Source of the DNA: Bacteroidales bacterium
GTDB taxonomy: Bacteria > Bacteroidota > Bacteroidia > Bacteroidales > VadinHA17
Reading direction: 5' to 3'
Assembly (NCBI GenBank): GCA_021157415.1
Contig: JAGGWN010000016.1
Location: forward strand, 35,833-99,832
Length of the DNA: 64,000 bases
Shown one piece after another: positions 24,239 to 33,604 of this stretch. Each line of letters opens with the position of its first letter. The first letter of the stretch is position 1. The notes beneath the pieces were generated by a model. The model was not told where the DNA came from and searched no databases. It saw nothing but the letters and a program-made list of their open reading frames with translations. A program made the position numbers and the translations under genes.

Positions 24239-26383
24239 ATGAAGCATATCATTTCATATTTGCGGGCCAACATAAAGGGAATACTGAGGATTTTCTATCT
24301 CATTGCCACCATAACCGTCATTGTATATCTTTTCCCGAGGGAGGGCAAGTTCCGTTATGAGTTCCAGCGTGGGAAACCCTGGCTGCATGAAGACCTGTAC
24401 GCTCCTTATGATTTTCCGGTTTACAAAACAGCGGAAGAGCTGCAGGCTGAAAAAGATAGTATTTTAAAAGATTTCAAGCCCTATTTCAGGCTGGACCCCA
24501 ATGTGGTGGCAAAAGAAATGGATAAATACAGGAATGATTTTGAAAAGCACTGGAAGCATTATGTGGAGCAACAATATGACCTGAAACAGGAGCCTGCCGC
24601 GAATACCTGGCGAGGAAAGATGATCCTCAGAGAAAAAGATAAGTTATACAAGATGACTTCCGGTTTACTTCTGAACTTGTATAATCATGGCATTGTGGAG
24701 GTGGCGGACGCTTTTACCCGTGACAGTAATCCATCCTTATCCATCGTGATCTTACGGGGCAATGTGGCTGAGCAGACAGATACGACTGCCGTGTTTACCC
24801 TTAAATCAGCCTATGAATATCTGAAAAAACAAATCAATGGGGTACCCCTTACTTCTTTCAGGGACCCGGAGGCCGTACGGGCGTTTCTGGTGGGGTTAAA
24901 CCTGAATGATTATGTCGAACCTAACCTTTTCTACGACCGGGAAGCATCACAAAAAGTCAAGGAGAGCATGATCTCCGGGCTCTCTCTTACGAGAGGAATG
25001 GTGCAGAGAGGAGAACGTATTATTTCGAGGGGGGAGATCGTCAATGCACGTACTTATCAGATACTGGAGTCGCTGAAGGTCGAATATGAAAAGCGCCTGG
25101 GTGCCTCGGCTAACTACCTGATTCTTCTGGCAGGGCAGTTCCTGTTGGTGTCTATCATCCTGCTCATGTTGTTTTTGTTCCTGATGTATTTCAGAACTTA
25201 TATTTTTGCCCATACCAAGGATCTGCTTTTTATCTTTTTTCTGCTCATTATATTTGTGGGACTGTCACGATGGATCATTTCAAATCCTACGCTGAGTTAC
25301 TACCTTATTCCGTTGGCGATTGTACCGATCGTAGTACGTACCTTCTATGATGCCAGGCTGGCACTGTTCATTCATATGATCCTGCTGATGATCGTAGGCT
25401 TTTTTGCTCCCAATTCCTTTGAATTTGTCTTCTTGAATTTTATTGCAGGCATTGTAGCGATCATCTCCCTGACTAATATCTACCGGAGGAATAAATTCAT
25501 CATGGCTGCCGTGATGGTATTTTTCAGTTATTCCCTGGTGTATCTCGGGAATACGATGATCCAGGAGGGGAGTCTGGAAAATATGCACTGGATGAATTAT
25601 GTCTGGTTTTCCGGAAACGCGTTTCTGGTGCTTTTATCCTTTCCCCTGGTTTACGTATTCGAAAAAACATTCGGTTTCCTGTCGGATGCTACGTTGGTTG
25701 AGCTGGCCGATACCAATCAACCCTTGCTGCGTGAACTGGCCGAAAAGGCTCCCGGCACTTTCCAGCATAGTCTCCAGGTAGCCAATCTGACGGAAGAAGC
25801 GGTTAGAATTATCGGGGGTAACCAGTTGCTTATCCGTGCGGGAGCATTATACCATGATATCGGGAAAATGAAAAATCCGGTATATTTTATCGAAAACCAG
25901 CGGGAAGGATTGAATCCTCACGAAGAATTATCTTTTAAGGAAAGCGCTTCCATAATTATCAGTCATGTTCCGACAGGGGTAGAAATTGCCCGGAAACATA
26001 ACCTTCCGAAACAGATCGTTGATTTTATCCGAACGCACCACGGAACCACCAAAGTGCAATATTTCTATCGCAATTATATACACAAGTATCCGGATAAATC
26101 CTCTGATGTGGAAAACTTTACCTACCCGGGTCCAAAACCTTTTACCCGCGAGACGGCGATACTGATGATGGCCGACTCGGTAGAGGCTGCTTCCCGCAGC
26201 CTGAAGGACTATTCCGAAGAGACACTGCGAAGGCTGGTGGATGATATTATCAATTATCAACTCCGGGAAGGCCAGTTTAATGAAGCTCCGATCACTTTCA
26301 GGGATATTTCCAAGGTAAAGGAGATATTTATCAACCGGCTGACCAATATTTATCATGCCCGGATAGAATATCCCAAACAATAA
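24239..26383 (+). CDS. 7TM-receptor HD/HDIG-domain phosphohydrolase (PgpH-like)
   Basis: 714 aa: an N-terminal extracellular domain, a block of about 7 TM helices, and a C-terminal HD domain (FQHSLQVANL..., LYHDIGKM). Confidence 0.8.
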   Translation: MKHIISYLRANIKGILRIFYLIATITVIVYLFPREGKFRYEFQRGKPWLHEDLYAPYDFPVYKTAEELQAEKDSILKDFKPYFRLDPNVVAKEMDKYRNDFEKHWKHYVEQQYDLKQEPAANTWRGKMILREKDKLYKMTSGLLLNLYNHGIVEVADAFTRDSNPSLSIVILRGNVAEQTDTTAVFTLKSAYEYLKKQINGVPLTSFRDPEAVRAFLVGLNLNDYVEPNLFYDREASQKVKESMISGLSLTRGMVQRGERIISRGEIVNARTYQILESLKVEYEKRLGASANYLILLAGQFLLVSIILLMLFLFLMYFRTYIFAHTKDLLFIFFLLIIFVGLSRWIISNPTLSYYLIPLAIVPIVVRTFYDARLALFIHMILLMIVGFFAPNSFEFVFLNFIAGIVAIISLTNIYRRNKFIMAAVMVFFSYSLVYLGNTMIQEGSLENMHWMNYVWFSGNAFLVLLSFPLVYVFEKTFGFLSDATLVELADTNQPLLRELAEKAPGTFQHSLQVANLTEEAVRIIGGNQLLIRAGALYHDIGKMKNPVYFIENQREGLNPHEELSFKESASIIISHVPTGVEIARKHNLPKQIVDFIRTHHGTTKVQYFYRNYIHKYPDKSSDVENFTYPGPKPFTRETAILMMADSVEAASRSLKDYSEETLRRLVDDIINYQLREGQFNEAPITFRDISKVKEIFINRLTNIYHARIEYPKQ

Positions 26384-26422
26384 GGGAAATGAAAACAGGC
26401 TCATCCCCTCTCAGTCATATAG

Positions 26423-27091
26423 TCACTCATTGCCCTCCCGAAGGTCCACAATCTCAACACCCGGGTGATCTGCCTTCCTGAATTTGAAAGCAGAGGGTTT
26501 GACTTTTATATGGGGGTCTGTTTTTTCAATGCGGATAATGTATTGCATACCGTCTTTTCCAAAAAAACGGGCGGAATAGAGCCTGCCGGTTTTTTTATTT
26601 ATCTGAAGCCGGATGCGGGAATAGTTTTCTTTCAGATCAACCGGGTAAAGATCCACAACCTGTAGCTCTTTTCCATCCGTTTGATTGATGCCTACAAAAT
26701 GATACCGGAACGTCAACCGGTAATCTGAAAAGAGTTGTTCGGGGTGGGCCAGAAAAGAGTGATCTTCGGGATCGGGATTGAGGACGTTCACTTCATTTAC
26801 GTCCGGCATATAGTTCCAGACCGTCTGTCCGTCAAAAAAAATCTCCGAATCACCTGTCTTCAGATGATATTTCTTTCCATGCAAAATCAGCTCACCGGTG
26901 AAAGCACTCTTAGAGTTATCCTGGAGGTTAATGGCCGTAAAATGAAAGGTGATGCGGAAGGGCTCGGAAGCCCTGGTTTGTTCCGACAAGCGGTTTAGTA
27001 TTTTTTCTGCTTCCGGATCTTCCTGCGATATCACCGGAAATGCCCGTAACAGGAGAAAAAAGAAAAGAAGAATACAGGTAAGATATTTCAT
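26423..27091 (-). CDS. lolA: LolA-like outer-membrane lipoprotein carrier protein
   Basis: The ATG at 27091 gives MKYLTCILLFFFLLLRAFPVISQ, a signal peptide. Size, beta-rich sequence, and position immediately downstream of ftsK match the conserved Bacteroidota arrangement. Confidence 0.6.
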   Translation of the reverse strand: MKYLTCILLFFFLLLRAFPVISQEDPEAEKILNRLSEQTRASEPFRITFHFTAINLQDNSKSAFTGELILHGKKYHLKTGDSEIFFDGQTVWNYMPDVNEVNVLNPDPEDHSFLAHPEQLFSDYRLTFRYHFVGINQTDGKELQVVDLYPVDLKENYSRIRLQINKKTGRLYSARFFGKDGMQYIIRIEKTDPHIKVKPSAFKFRKADHPGVEIVDLREGNE

Positions 27092-27146
27092 GACTCCTTG
27101 CAAGCTGTTCATTAATAATCCCTTAAAATGCTAAATGCTAAACCCA

Positions 27147-29558
27147 TTATTCCCTGTCTCGCAATAATTGTTCCAAAGTATATTCATCCGGTATCAGCAC
27201 TTGTCTGGCCTTACTGCCTTCATAGGGTCCGACAACACCGGCTGCCTGTAATTGGTCGATGATCCGTCCGGCACGGTTATAACCGATAGCTAGTTTTCTT
27301 TGAATAAGAGAGGTTGATCCCTGTTGGTGTTGTACGACCAGCCGGGCTGCCTCTTCGAAAAGAGGGTCTTTTTGTTTCATGTCCATCTCCCCGGCACCAC
27401 TGCTGTCTTCCCCTTCAAACTCGGGCAGAAAGAACGGCATGGGATAACTTTGCTGGGAAGCGACATAGTTGGTGATGACCTCCACTTCTGCCGTATCAAT
27501 ATAAGCACATTGTATCCGTGTCAGATCGCTTCCCGAGCCGATAAGCATGTCCCCGCGTCCTACCAGTTGATTGGCTCCCGGGCTGTCGAGGATGGTTCGT
27601 GAGTCGATCATCGCTGTAACTTTGAAAGCAATACGTGTGGGGAAGTTGCCCTTGATGGTCCCTGTGATGATGTTGGTGGTAGGCCGCTGGGTGGCGATAA
27701 CCAGGTGAATGCCTACGGCCCGGCCCATCTGGGCCAGTCTGGTAAGCGGAAACTCTATGTTTTTTCCCGCTGTCATAATCAGATCGGCGAACTCGTCAAT
27801 GACCAGGACGATGTATGGCATAAAACGGTGGCCTTTTTCCGGGTTGAGCCTGCGGGACTTGAATTTCTCATTGTACTCATTGACAAAACGCACATGGGCC
27901 GAGGTGAGCAGGTCATAACGCTGGTCCATTTCAATGGTTAGAGCGTTCAGGGTGTTGACCACTTTATCGGTATCCGTGATGATAGGATCGTCGGCGTCCG
28001 GCATCACGGCCAGATAATGTTTTTCCAGCTTGGAATACAATGCCAGTTCCACCTTTTTGGGATCAACAAAAATGAATTTTAACTCGGCCGGATGTTTTTT
28101 ATACAAAAGGGAAGCAATGATTACGTTTAATCCCACAGATTTTCCCTGTCCCGTGGCCCCGGCTACCAGCAGGTGAGGAGCTCTTGCCAGGTCAAACACA
28201 TAGGGACTCCCTGAAATAGTACTGCCCAGCGCTACAGGCAGGTCATAATCAGCGTCCTGAAAGGCACGGGACGTGATCATGGATTTCATGGACACAATAT
28301 CCGGATGCAGGTTCGGCACTTCAATGCCTATGGTGCCCCGGCCAGGGATGGGAGCGATAATCCGAATCCCCAGGGCGGAAAGACTCAGCGCAATGTCATC
28401 TTCCAGATTCTTAATCTTGGAAATTCGTACCCCCGGGGCAGGTACGATTTCATACAGGGTGACGGTAGGTCCGATGGTGGCCTTGATCTTGTCAATCCTG
28501 ATCTTATAGTTGGCCAGCGTCTCTACGATCTTGTTTTTGTTGTTTAACAACTCCTCTTTGCTGACCTTTGAATTGCCTGTTTCATGATTTTTCAGCAACT
28601 GTACCGGAGGCATCCGGTAACCCGACAGTTCAAGGGTCGGGTCATACCGACCGGAGGGCTCGGTACTGATCTCTTTCTCAGATAACTGATCTTCTCCGGG
28701 ATTCCTGCGTTCCACAGTCAGTTCGATGTCTTCTTCGGTTTCCTTCAGATCCTTATCCTTGCCGGATCGATTATCTGCCTGGTCATGAGCAAGGTTCTTA
28801 CCGGACAAAACAGTTTCCGTTTTCAGGGACTCTTCCGACACATGGAGAGCCTCATCATCCGTAGTTACCCCGGTATGGATGGTTTCTTCCGTACTGACCG
28901 AATCGGTGTTGGATGCGGATGGTTTCTTTTTCGGTCGGAACGGGGGGATGTGGAAATAATAGAGGATAAAAGCCGTATTCAAAAATATTAGCAAAAAAGC
29001 ACTGCCGACTTTTCCAAGCAGACTGTTCAGCCATGCAACGGTAAAATACCCGAAGGAACCTCCGAATCCACTTCCCAGGTATCCGCTTGAACTTCCAAGA
29101 ATATAAGCAATGGTTAGCGACCCCAGGAGGGTGATGAAGAATAAAAACCAGACGACTTTATGCAGGGGGGCTGTTTTGATTTTGAAGAAACGGATGCCTA
29201 TATCTATAATAAAGAGCGGTATGGTAAATGAAAACACCCCAAACCATTTATTTATCAGGAGATAGGAAAGATAGGCCCCTGTTTTTCCGGCCCAGTTATG
29301 GACCATGACCGAAGCAACGGAAAAGACTTTTCCATATTCAAAGCTCTGATCGGCTTTCCAGGTGAAAAAGTAAGAGATCAGGGCAAAAAGCAGATATAGC
29401 CCAAACAGGACAAAGAAAAACCCTGTGATAAAGCGGACCCGGTCGTCCTGAAAAAATCCCGGTTTCTTATGCTTGCCTCTTTTGCCGGCAGATGTGCTTT
29501 TTGTCTTCTTTTTTTTCACGTTGCTTACAATTTTACCCGACAAAATAACGAAACACAA
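27147..29558 (-). CDS. ftsK: DNA translocase FtsK
   Basis: N-terminal TM helices. Walker A VAGATGQGKS, Walker B VIDEFADL, and a C-terminal gamma winged-helix (STSLIQRKLAIGYNRAGRIIDQL). The start is uncertain: TTG at 29558 or GTG at 29519 (VKKKKTK...). Confidence 0.9.
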   Translation of the reverse strand: MCFVILSGKIVSNVKKKKTKSTSAGKRGKHKKPGFFQDDRVRFITGFFFVLFGLYLLFALISYFFTWKADQSFEYGKVFSVASVMVHNWAGKTGAYLSYLLINKWFGVFSFTIPLFIIDIGIRFFKIKTAPLHKVVWFLFFITLLGSLTIAYILGSSSGYLGSGFGGSFGYFTVAWLNSLLGKVGSAFLLIFLNTAFILYYFHIPPFRPKKKPSASNTDSVSTEETIHTGVTTDDEALHVSEESLKTETVLSGKNLAHDQADNRSGKDKDLKETEEDIELTVERRNPGEDQLSEKEISTEPSGRYDPTLELSGYRMPPVQLLKNHETGNSKVSKEELLNNKNKIVETLANYKIRIDKIKATIGPTVTLYEIVPAPGVRISKIKNLEDDIALSLSALGIRIIAPIPGRGTIGIEVPNLHPDIVSMKSMITSRAFQDADYDLPVALGSTISGSPYVFDLARAPHLLVAGATGQGKSVGLNVIIASLLYKKHPAELKFIFVDPKKVELALYSKLEKHYLAVMPDADDPIITDTDKVVNTLNALTIEMDQRYDLLTSAHVRFVNEYNEKFKSRRLNPEKGHRFMPYIVLVIDEFADLIMTAGKNIEFPLTRLAQMGRAVGIHLVIATQRPTTNIITGTIKGNFPTRIAFKVTAMIDSRTILDSPGANQLVGRGDMLIGSGSDLTRIQCAYIDTAEVEVITNYVASQQSYPMPFFLPEFEGEDSSGAGEMDMKQKDPLFEEAARLVVQHQQGSTSLIQRKLAIGYNRAGRIIDQLQAAGVVGPYEGSKARQVLIPDEYTLEQLLRDRE

Positions 29559-29633
29559 CCGGAAAGTAAAAAGATTTGCAGGGATTTATTTTAAACAGAG
29601 ATCATGCTCCCTTTCCTGAAAGTCATTCAAGTA

Positions 29634-30326
29634 TTACTCCATTAATTTGTTGAGAATATCCTCAAGCTGTTGCCTGGAGACTTTGATATACCCTTTTCTG
29701 GGAGCAAAATATTTATCATCGACCTCCTTAAAATATACCCCTGTGGCGGTAAGTTTCATTTTTAACTTACTGAGATGAAGATAAAATTCCAGTAAAACCC
29801 CGTTGATGTCTTTGTATGGTGTAGCCCGGTTGGGATCTTTTATCGGAATATCCGTTGTATAATAAATAGGGATGGGTACGTTTTTCCCCGGGAGAACCAC
29901 AAAAGCTTCCTTGGCAATGTACCCACATATCTCTTTGGTATGCTCTCCCTGCTTGATCGAGAGTTTAGGGATCTTGCCAAAACCTGCTGCGGGTTCGTCA
30001 AACTTCCCCTCGTAATAAAACTTTTTATCCAGGATATTAAGGTATGTGACATTGGTCTTTTTCTTAACATTGACGACATTGGAGATATTAAACAGGCCAA
30101 AAAAACCGTCTATAATCATGACTGTATTATCATTCTTAAAGTAAATGGTTAGTTTTTTGGGGAGCAGATCCGTGCTGAACTTCTCCAGGTCATTCTCTAA
30201 ATAGGTGATGGCGTAAATAATTTCACCCTGCTTCTCATGGGTATAGGAAGTTTTCTTACAGCCCTGTGGTAAAAAAAAGAGCGCTGTCAGACCGATTAAG
30301 AAATATTTTCTTCTGAAGTGTAACAT
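29634..30326 (-). CDS. Lipoprotein of unknown function
   Basis: MLHFRRKYFLIGLTALFFLPQGC lipobox. 230 aa. No motif that I can name with confidence. Confidence 0.6.
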   Translation of the reverse strand: MLHFRRKYFLIGLTALFFLPQGCKKTSYTHEKQGEIIYAITYLENDLEKFSTDLLPKKLTIYFKNDNTVMIIDGFFGLFNISNVVNVKKKTNVTYLNILDKKFYYEGKFDEPAAGFGKIPKLSIKQGEHTKEICGYIAKEAFVVLPGKNVPIPIYYTTDIPIKDPNRATPYKDINGVLLEFYLHLSKLKMKLTATGVYFKEVDDKYFAPRKGYIKVSRQQLEDILNKLME

Positions 30327-30436
30327 TTTCAGGTTACGAATATAATAAAGTTAAAAAAAAACATCAGGTTTATGTAAAAAAGTTAAGCTGTTTTATCAAA
30401 AAAAAAGGTTGGCTTTTTGAAAAAAGATAAATACAT

Positions 30437-30468
30437 TGCATAATATACAAAATATGTATATATATGCA
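30437..30468. promoter_or_regulatory. AT-rich inverted repeat upstream of arcC-argF (candidate operator)
   Basis: TGCATAATATAC-aaaatat-GTATATATATGCA. The arms are complementary apart from a 1-nt indel. Lies about 140 nt upstream of the arcC ATG. Confidence 0.3.
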
Positions 30469-30608
30469 GGTACAATGAAGACAATTCCGTGTGATTCTGG
30501 TTTGCTGAATTAAAGAGGAATGCTGGTTCATTTTGATTAAGCTGGGTTATTGTACCCTGTTTTCTGAGCACAAGAGAAAAAATTATGTAGGTTTGTAAAC
30601 TTCAAAAC

Positions 30609-31586
30609 ATGAATGTAATGATGGGAAAATTAGCGGTCATAGCTTTAGGAGGGAATGCTTTACTGAGGGATAATCAGGCGGGGACCATTGAGGAACAGGA
30701 GCAAAATACCACCGAGACGCTGGAGAATATCGTTTTCTTATTACGGGAGGGTTATGATCTGGTTTTAACCCATGGCAACGGTCCGCAGGTGGGAAATATC
30801 CTTATGCGCAACGATGCCGGTGAGCAGTTGTACGGGATTGCGCAGATGCCGTTGGATATTTGTGTGGCGGACTCTCAGGGAGGGATCGGTTATATGATCG
30901 AAAGGGTGTTGCATAACGTATTGCGTCGTCATGGAATCCGCAGAAAGGTGGTTACCCTGGTCACCGAAGTGGTAGTGGATCCGGAAGACAGAGCATTTCA
31001 GCAGCCCGAGAAAAGAATAGGCAAGATATATTCCGGAGAGGAAGCAGAACGGTTGACCCGGGAAAAGGGCTGGATATTTAAGGAAGAGATAAAGGAAGAT
31101 CTGTCCGGATGGAGGCGTGTGGTTCCTTCTCCCCGACCCGGAAGAGTCCTGAATGCGGAGATCATGGAAGAACTGGCTCGCCGGGGACATATTGTTATTG
31201 CCGCCGGTGGTGGCGGGATTCCTGTTTACTTTGACGGAGAAGGGATGGCACGTCCTTCTGAGGCCGTAATTGATAAAGACCTGGCCTCCTCTTTGCTAGC
31301 ATCTACCATCAGTGCCGATGAGTTCTATATACTTACCGATGTCCCCTATGTATTTCTGAATTACAAACAGAAAAATCAGCAAATGGTGGAATTTCTTGAC
31401 CGGGCTGACAGTCTCCGCTATTTGGAACAGGGCATGTTCGGCGAAGGCAATATGGCTCCCAAGATATTGGCCGCAGTGAAATTTGTGGAAAACGGGGGTG
31501 AAAAAAGTGTAATTACCGAAGCCACCAAACTGGAAGATAAAAAGTACGGGACAAAGATTACCCTGCACTATGATGATAAACATTAA
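30609..31586 (+). CDS. arcC: Carbamate kinase
   Basis: GKLAVIALGGNALL and THGNGPQVG motifs. 325 aa. Confidence 0.9.
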   Translation: MNVMMGKLAVIALGGNALLRDNQAGTIEEQEQNTTETLENIVFLLREGYDLVLTHGNGPQVGNILMRNDAGEQLYGIAQMPLDICVADSQGGIGYMIERVLHNVLRRHGIRRKVVTLVTEVVVDPEDRAFQQPEKRIGKIYSGEEAERLTREKGWIFKEEIKEDLSGWRRVVPSPRPGRVLNAEIMEELARRGHIVIAAGGGGIPVYFDGEGMARPSEAVIDKDLASSLLASTISADEFYILTDVPYVFLNYKQKNQQMVEFLDRADSLRYLEQGMFGEGNMAPKILAAVKFVENGGEKSVITEATKLEDKKYGTKITLHYDDKH

Positions 31587-31599
31587 AAATATGTGAGTG

Positions 31600-32610
31600 A
31601 TGAAAACAAACCTGAAGAATCGTAGTTTTTTGAAGTTGCTGGATTACACTCCGGCAGAGATACATGATCTGCTTATCTTGTCGGCAGAGTTAAAAAAAGC
31701 AAAGAAACAGGGGAATGAAAAGCCGTATCTCAGAGGGAAAAATATTGCCCTGATCTTTGAAAAAACTTCCACGAGGACACGTTGTGCTTTTGAGGTAGCT
31801 GCCTATGATCAGGGAGCCAATGTGACCTTTCTGGATCCCTCGGGGTCACAGATAGGTCACAAGGAATCGATCCGTGATACGGCCAGGGTACTGGGTCGTA
31901 TGTACGACGGTATCGAATACCGTGGGTTTGAACAGGAACGGGTAGAGAGGCTGGCTGAATATTCCGGTGTGCCTGTGTGGAATGGCCTGACCAATGAGTA
32001 TCACCCGACACAGGTGCTGGCTGATTTTCTGACCATGCAGGAACATAGCGGCAAGCCTCTGCATGAACTTTCGTTGTGCTATCTGGGTGATGCACGTAAC
32101 AATGTGGGTAATTCCCTGATGATCGGCGCTGCCCTTATGGGTATGGATTTCAGGGCTGTCGCTCCCGTAACGGTGCAGCCACACAAAGATCTGGTAAGCC
32201 GGGCCGGGGACATCGCTGCCGGTACGGGTGCTTCCATTACCGTCACGGAAAATGTGGAAGAAGCCGTCAAAGGAGCTGATTTCCTGTATACAGATGTGTG
32301 GGTGTCTATGGGCGAACCACAGGAAGTGTGGAAAGAAAGAATCAAACGGCTTAAACCTTACCAGATCAACCGGCAGGTAATGGAACTCACCGGTAATCCG
32401 AACGTGAAGTTCATGCATTGTCTTCCTTCTTATCATAACCTGGAAACAGCCGTGGGTAAAAAAATCTATAAGCAATTTGGCCTGAAGGAAATGGAAGTTA
32501 CCGACGAGGTGTTTGAGTCCGGTGCATCTGTGGTCTTTGACGAGGCCGAAAACCGTCTCCATACTATCAAGGCTGTGATGGTGGCCACACTGGGAGAAGA
32601 TATGGAATGA
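31600..32610 (+). CDS. argF: Ornithine carbamoyltransferase
   Basis: STRTR, HPTQ, DVWVSMG and HCLP motifs. The ATG is at 31600; the ORF track starts at GTG 31597. Confidence 0.9.
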   Translation: MKTNLKNRSFLKLLDYTPAEIHDLLILSAELKKAKKQGNEKPYLRGKNIALIFEKTSTRTRCAFEVAAYDQGANVTFLDPSGSQIGHKESIRDTARVLGRMYDGIEYRGFEQERVERLAEYSGVPVWNGLTNEYHPTQVLADFLTMQEHSGKPLHELSLCYLGDARNNVGNSLMIGAALMGMDFRAVAPVTVQPHKDLVSRAGDIAAGTGASITVTENVEEAVKGADFLYTDVWVSMGEPQEVWKERIKRLKPYQINRQVMELTGNPNVKFMHCLPSYHNLETAVGKKIYKQFGLKEMEVTDEVFESGASVVFDEAENRLHTIKAVMVATLGEDME

Positions 32611-32704
32611 CCCCTGCCTGTGAGGATCATTTGTTTCATGCACGAACGTAAGGGGATCTTTACTTCGTTCAGGTCGATATGAATCACTACGTGACGAAGA
32701 TTAT

Positions 32705-32745
32705 CCCAAATTGCGCAATAGAATTTTTCTATTGCTTAACTTGGG
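32705..32745. repeat. GCAATAG...CTATTGC hairpin element, copy A
   Basis: cccaaattgcGCAATAG-aattttt-CTATTGCttaacttggg. The 17-nt arms pair at 14 of 17 positions. Contains the 10-bp palindrome ATTGCGCAAT. Lies in the convergent gap after argF. Confidence 0.8.
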
Positions 32746-32918
32746 TTTAACGGATGAAGTCTTCATATTTTGCATGTTCCGTCCTGCTGATGCCTTTCTT
32801 ATCCGAATGACTTCGTCCTTGTTCATGCAGGCACGGCAGGCAGGAGGATGGAAAAGCTTGCAAATTTTGTTTATATAGCCAATCCCTGTATTGACCGGTT
32901 GCCGGTATTCCCGTTCTC

Positions 32919-33401
32919 TCAGAACAATTCTTTAAAAAAATAAAAGGTCATAATAAACGAAGCGATCAGTTTCAGGCCTATGCCCATGAAGAATCCCAGT
33001 AAAGATCCCAGACCGGTTTTGAATGATTGATTGAGGGAAGCGCCCTGGATACTTTCTCCGATAATGGCGCCGAGCAGAGGTCCGAGAATAATACCGATGG
33101 GTGGGAAAAAGAGTATCCCGATGATCATGCCCAGGGTGGCTCCCCAGATACCGGCCTTACTGCCTCCGGTTTTTTTGGTTCCCCAGACAGGCACAATATA
33201 ATCCAGGATGGTTACCGTCAATGCCAGCGCGGCCATACCCAGCAGGAAAGATGCTGAGAAATGCCCGAAGCGTGAAAACTGTAGGAAAAGCAGGCCGGTA
33301 AAGCTGATAGGCGGACCGGGCAGTACCGGAACGACACATCCGATCAACCCGATGAACATGAGAATCATTCCTAAGCCTGCAAGGATATAGTCTATCATCA
33401 T
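32919..33401 (-). CDS. DUF456-family integral membrane protein
   Basis: 160 aa, four hydrophobic segments. The N-terminus ...GLIGCVVPVLPGPPISFTGLLFLQ is typical of DUF456. Confidence 0.65.
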   Translation of the reverse strand: MMIDYILAGLGMILMFIGLIGCVVPVLPGPPISFTGLLFLQFSRFGHFSASFLLGMAALALTVTILDYIVPVWGTKKTGGSKAGIWGATLGMIIGILFFPPIGIILGPLLGAIIGESIQGASLNQSFKTGLGSLLGFFMGIGLKLIASFIMTFYFFKELF

Positions 33402-33404
33402 ATG

Positions 33405-33590
33405 TTATTTGCCGGGAAGATGTAAGGGGGAGATATTCTTCTGATCGATGGTATGCAAATAATGCAATGAACAAGATGAACAGCCGGGATTTTCTCCCCG
33501 GGCAGTTCTGACAGAGAACCTCACAAACCGGTAAATGGCAATACCCAATGCTCCTGCTATCGTAATATATGTCAAGATATCCTGAATCAT
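33405..33590 (-). CDS. FeoB-associated Cys-rich small membrane protein
   Basis: The ATG at 33590 gives MIQDILTYITIAGALGIAIYRFV...NPGCSSCS..., a TM helix followed by a Cys cluster. Starts 15 nt downstream of the feoB stop. Confidence 0.6.
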   Translation of the reverse strand: MIQDILTYITIAGALGIAIYRFVRFSVRTARGENPGCSSCSLHYLHTIDQKNISPLHLPGK

Positions 33591-33604
33591 CTTTTTCCTT
33601 TTAA

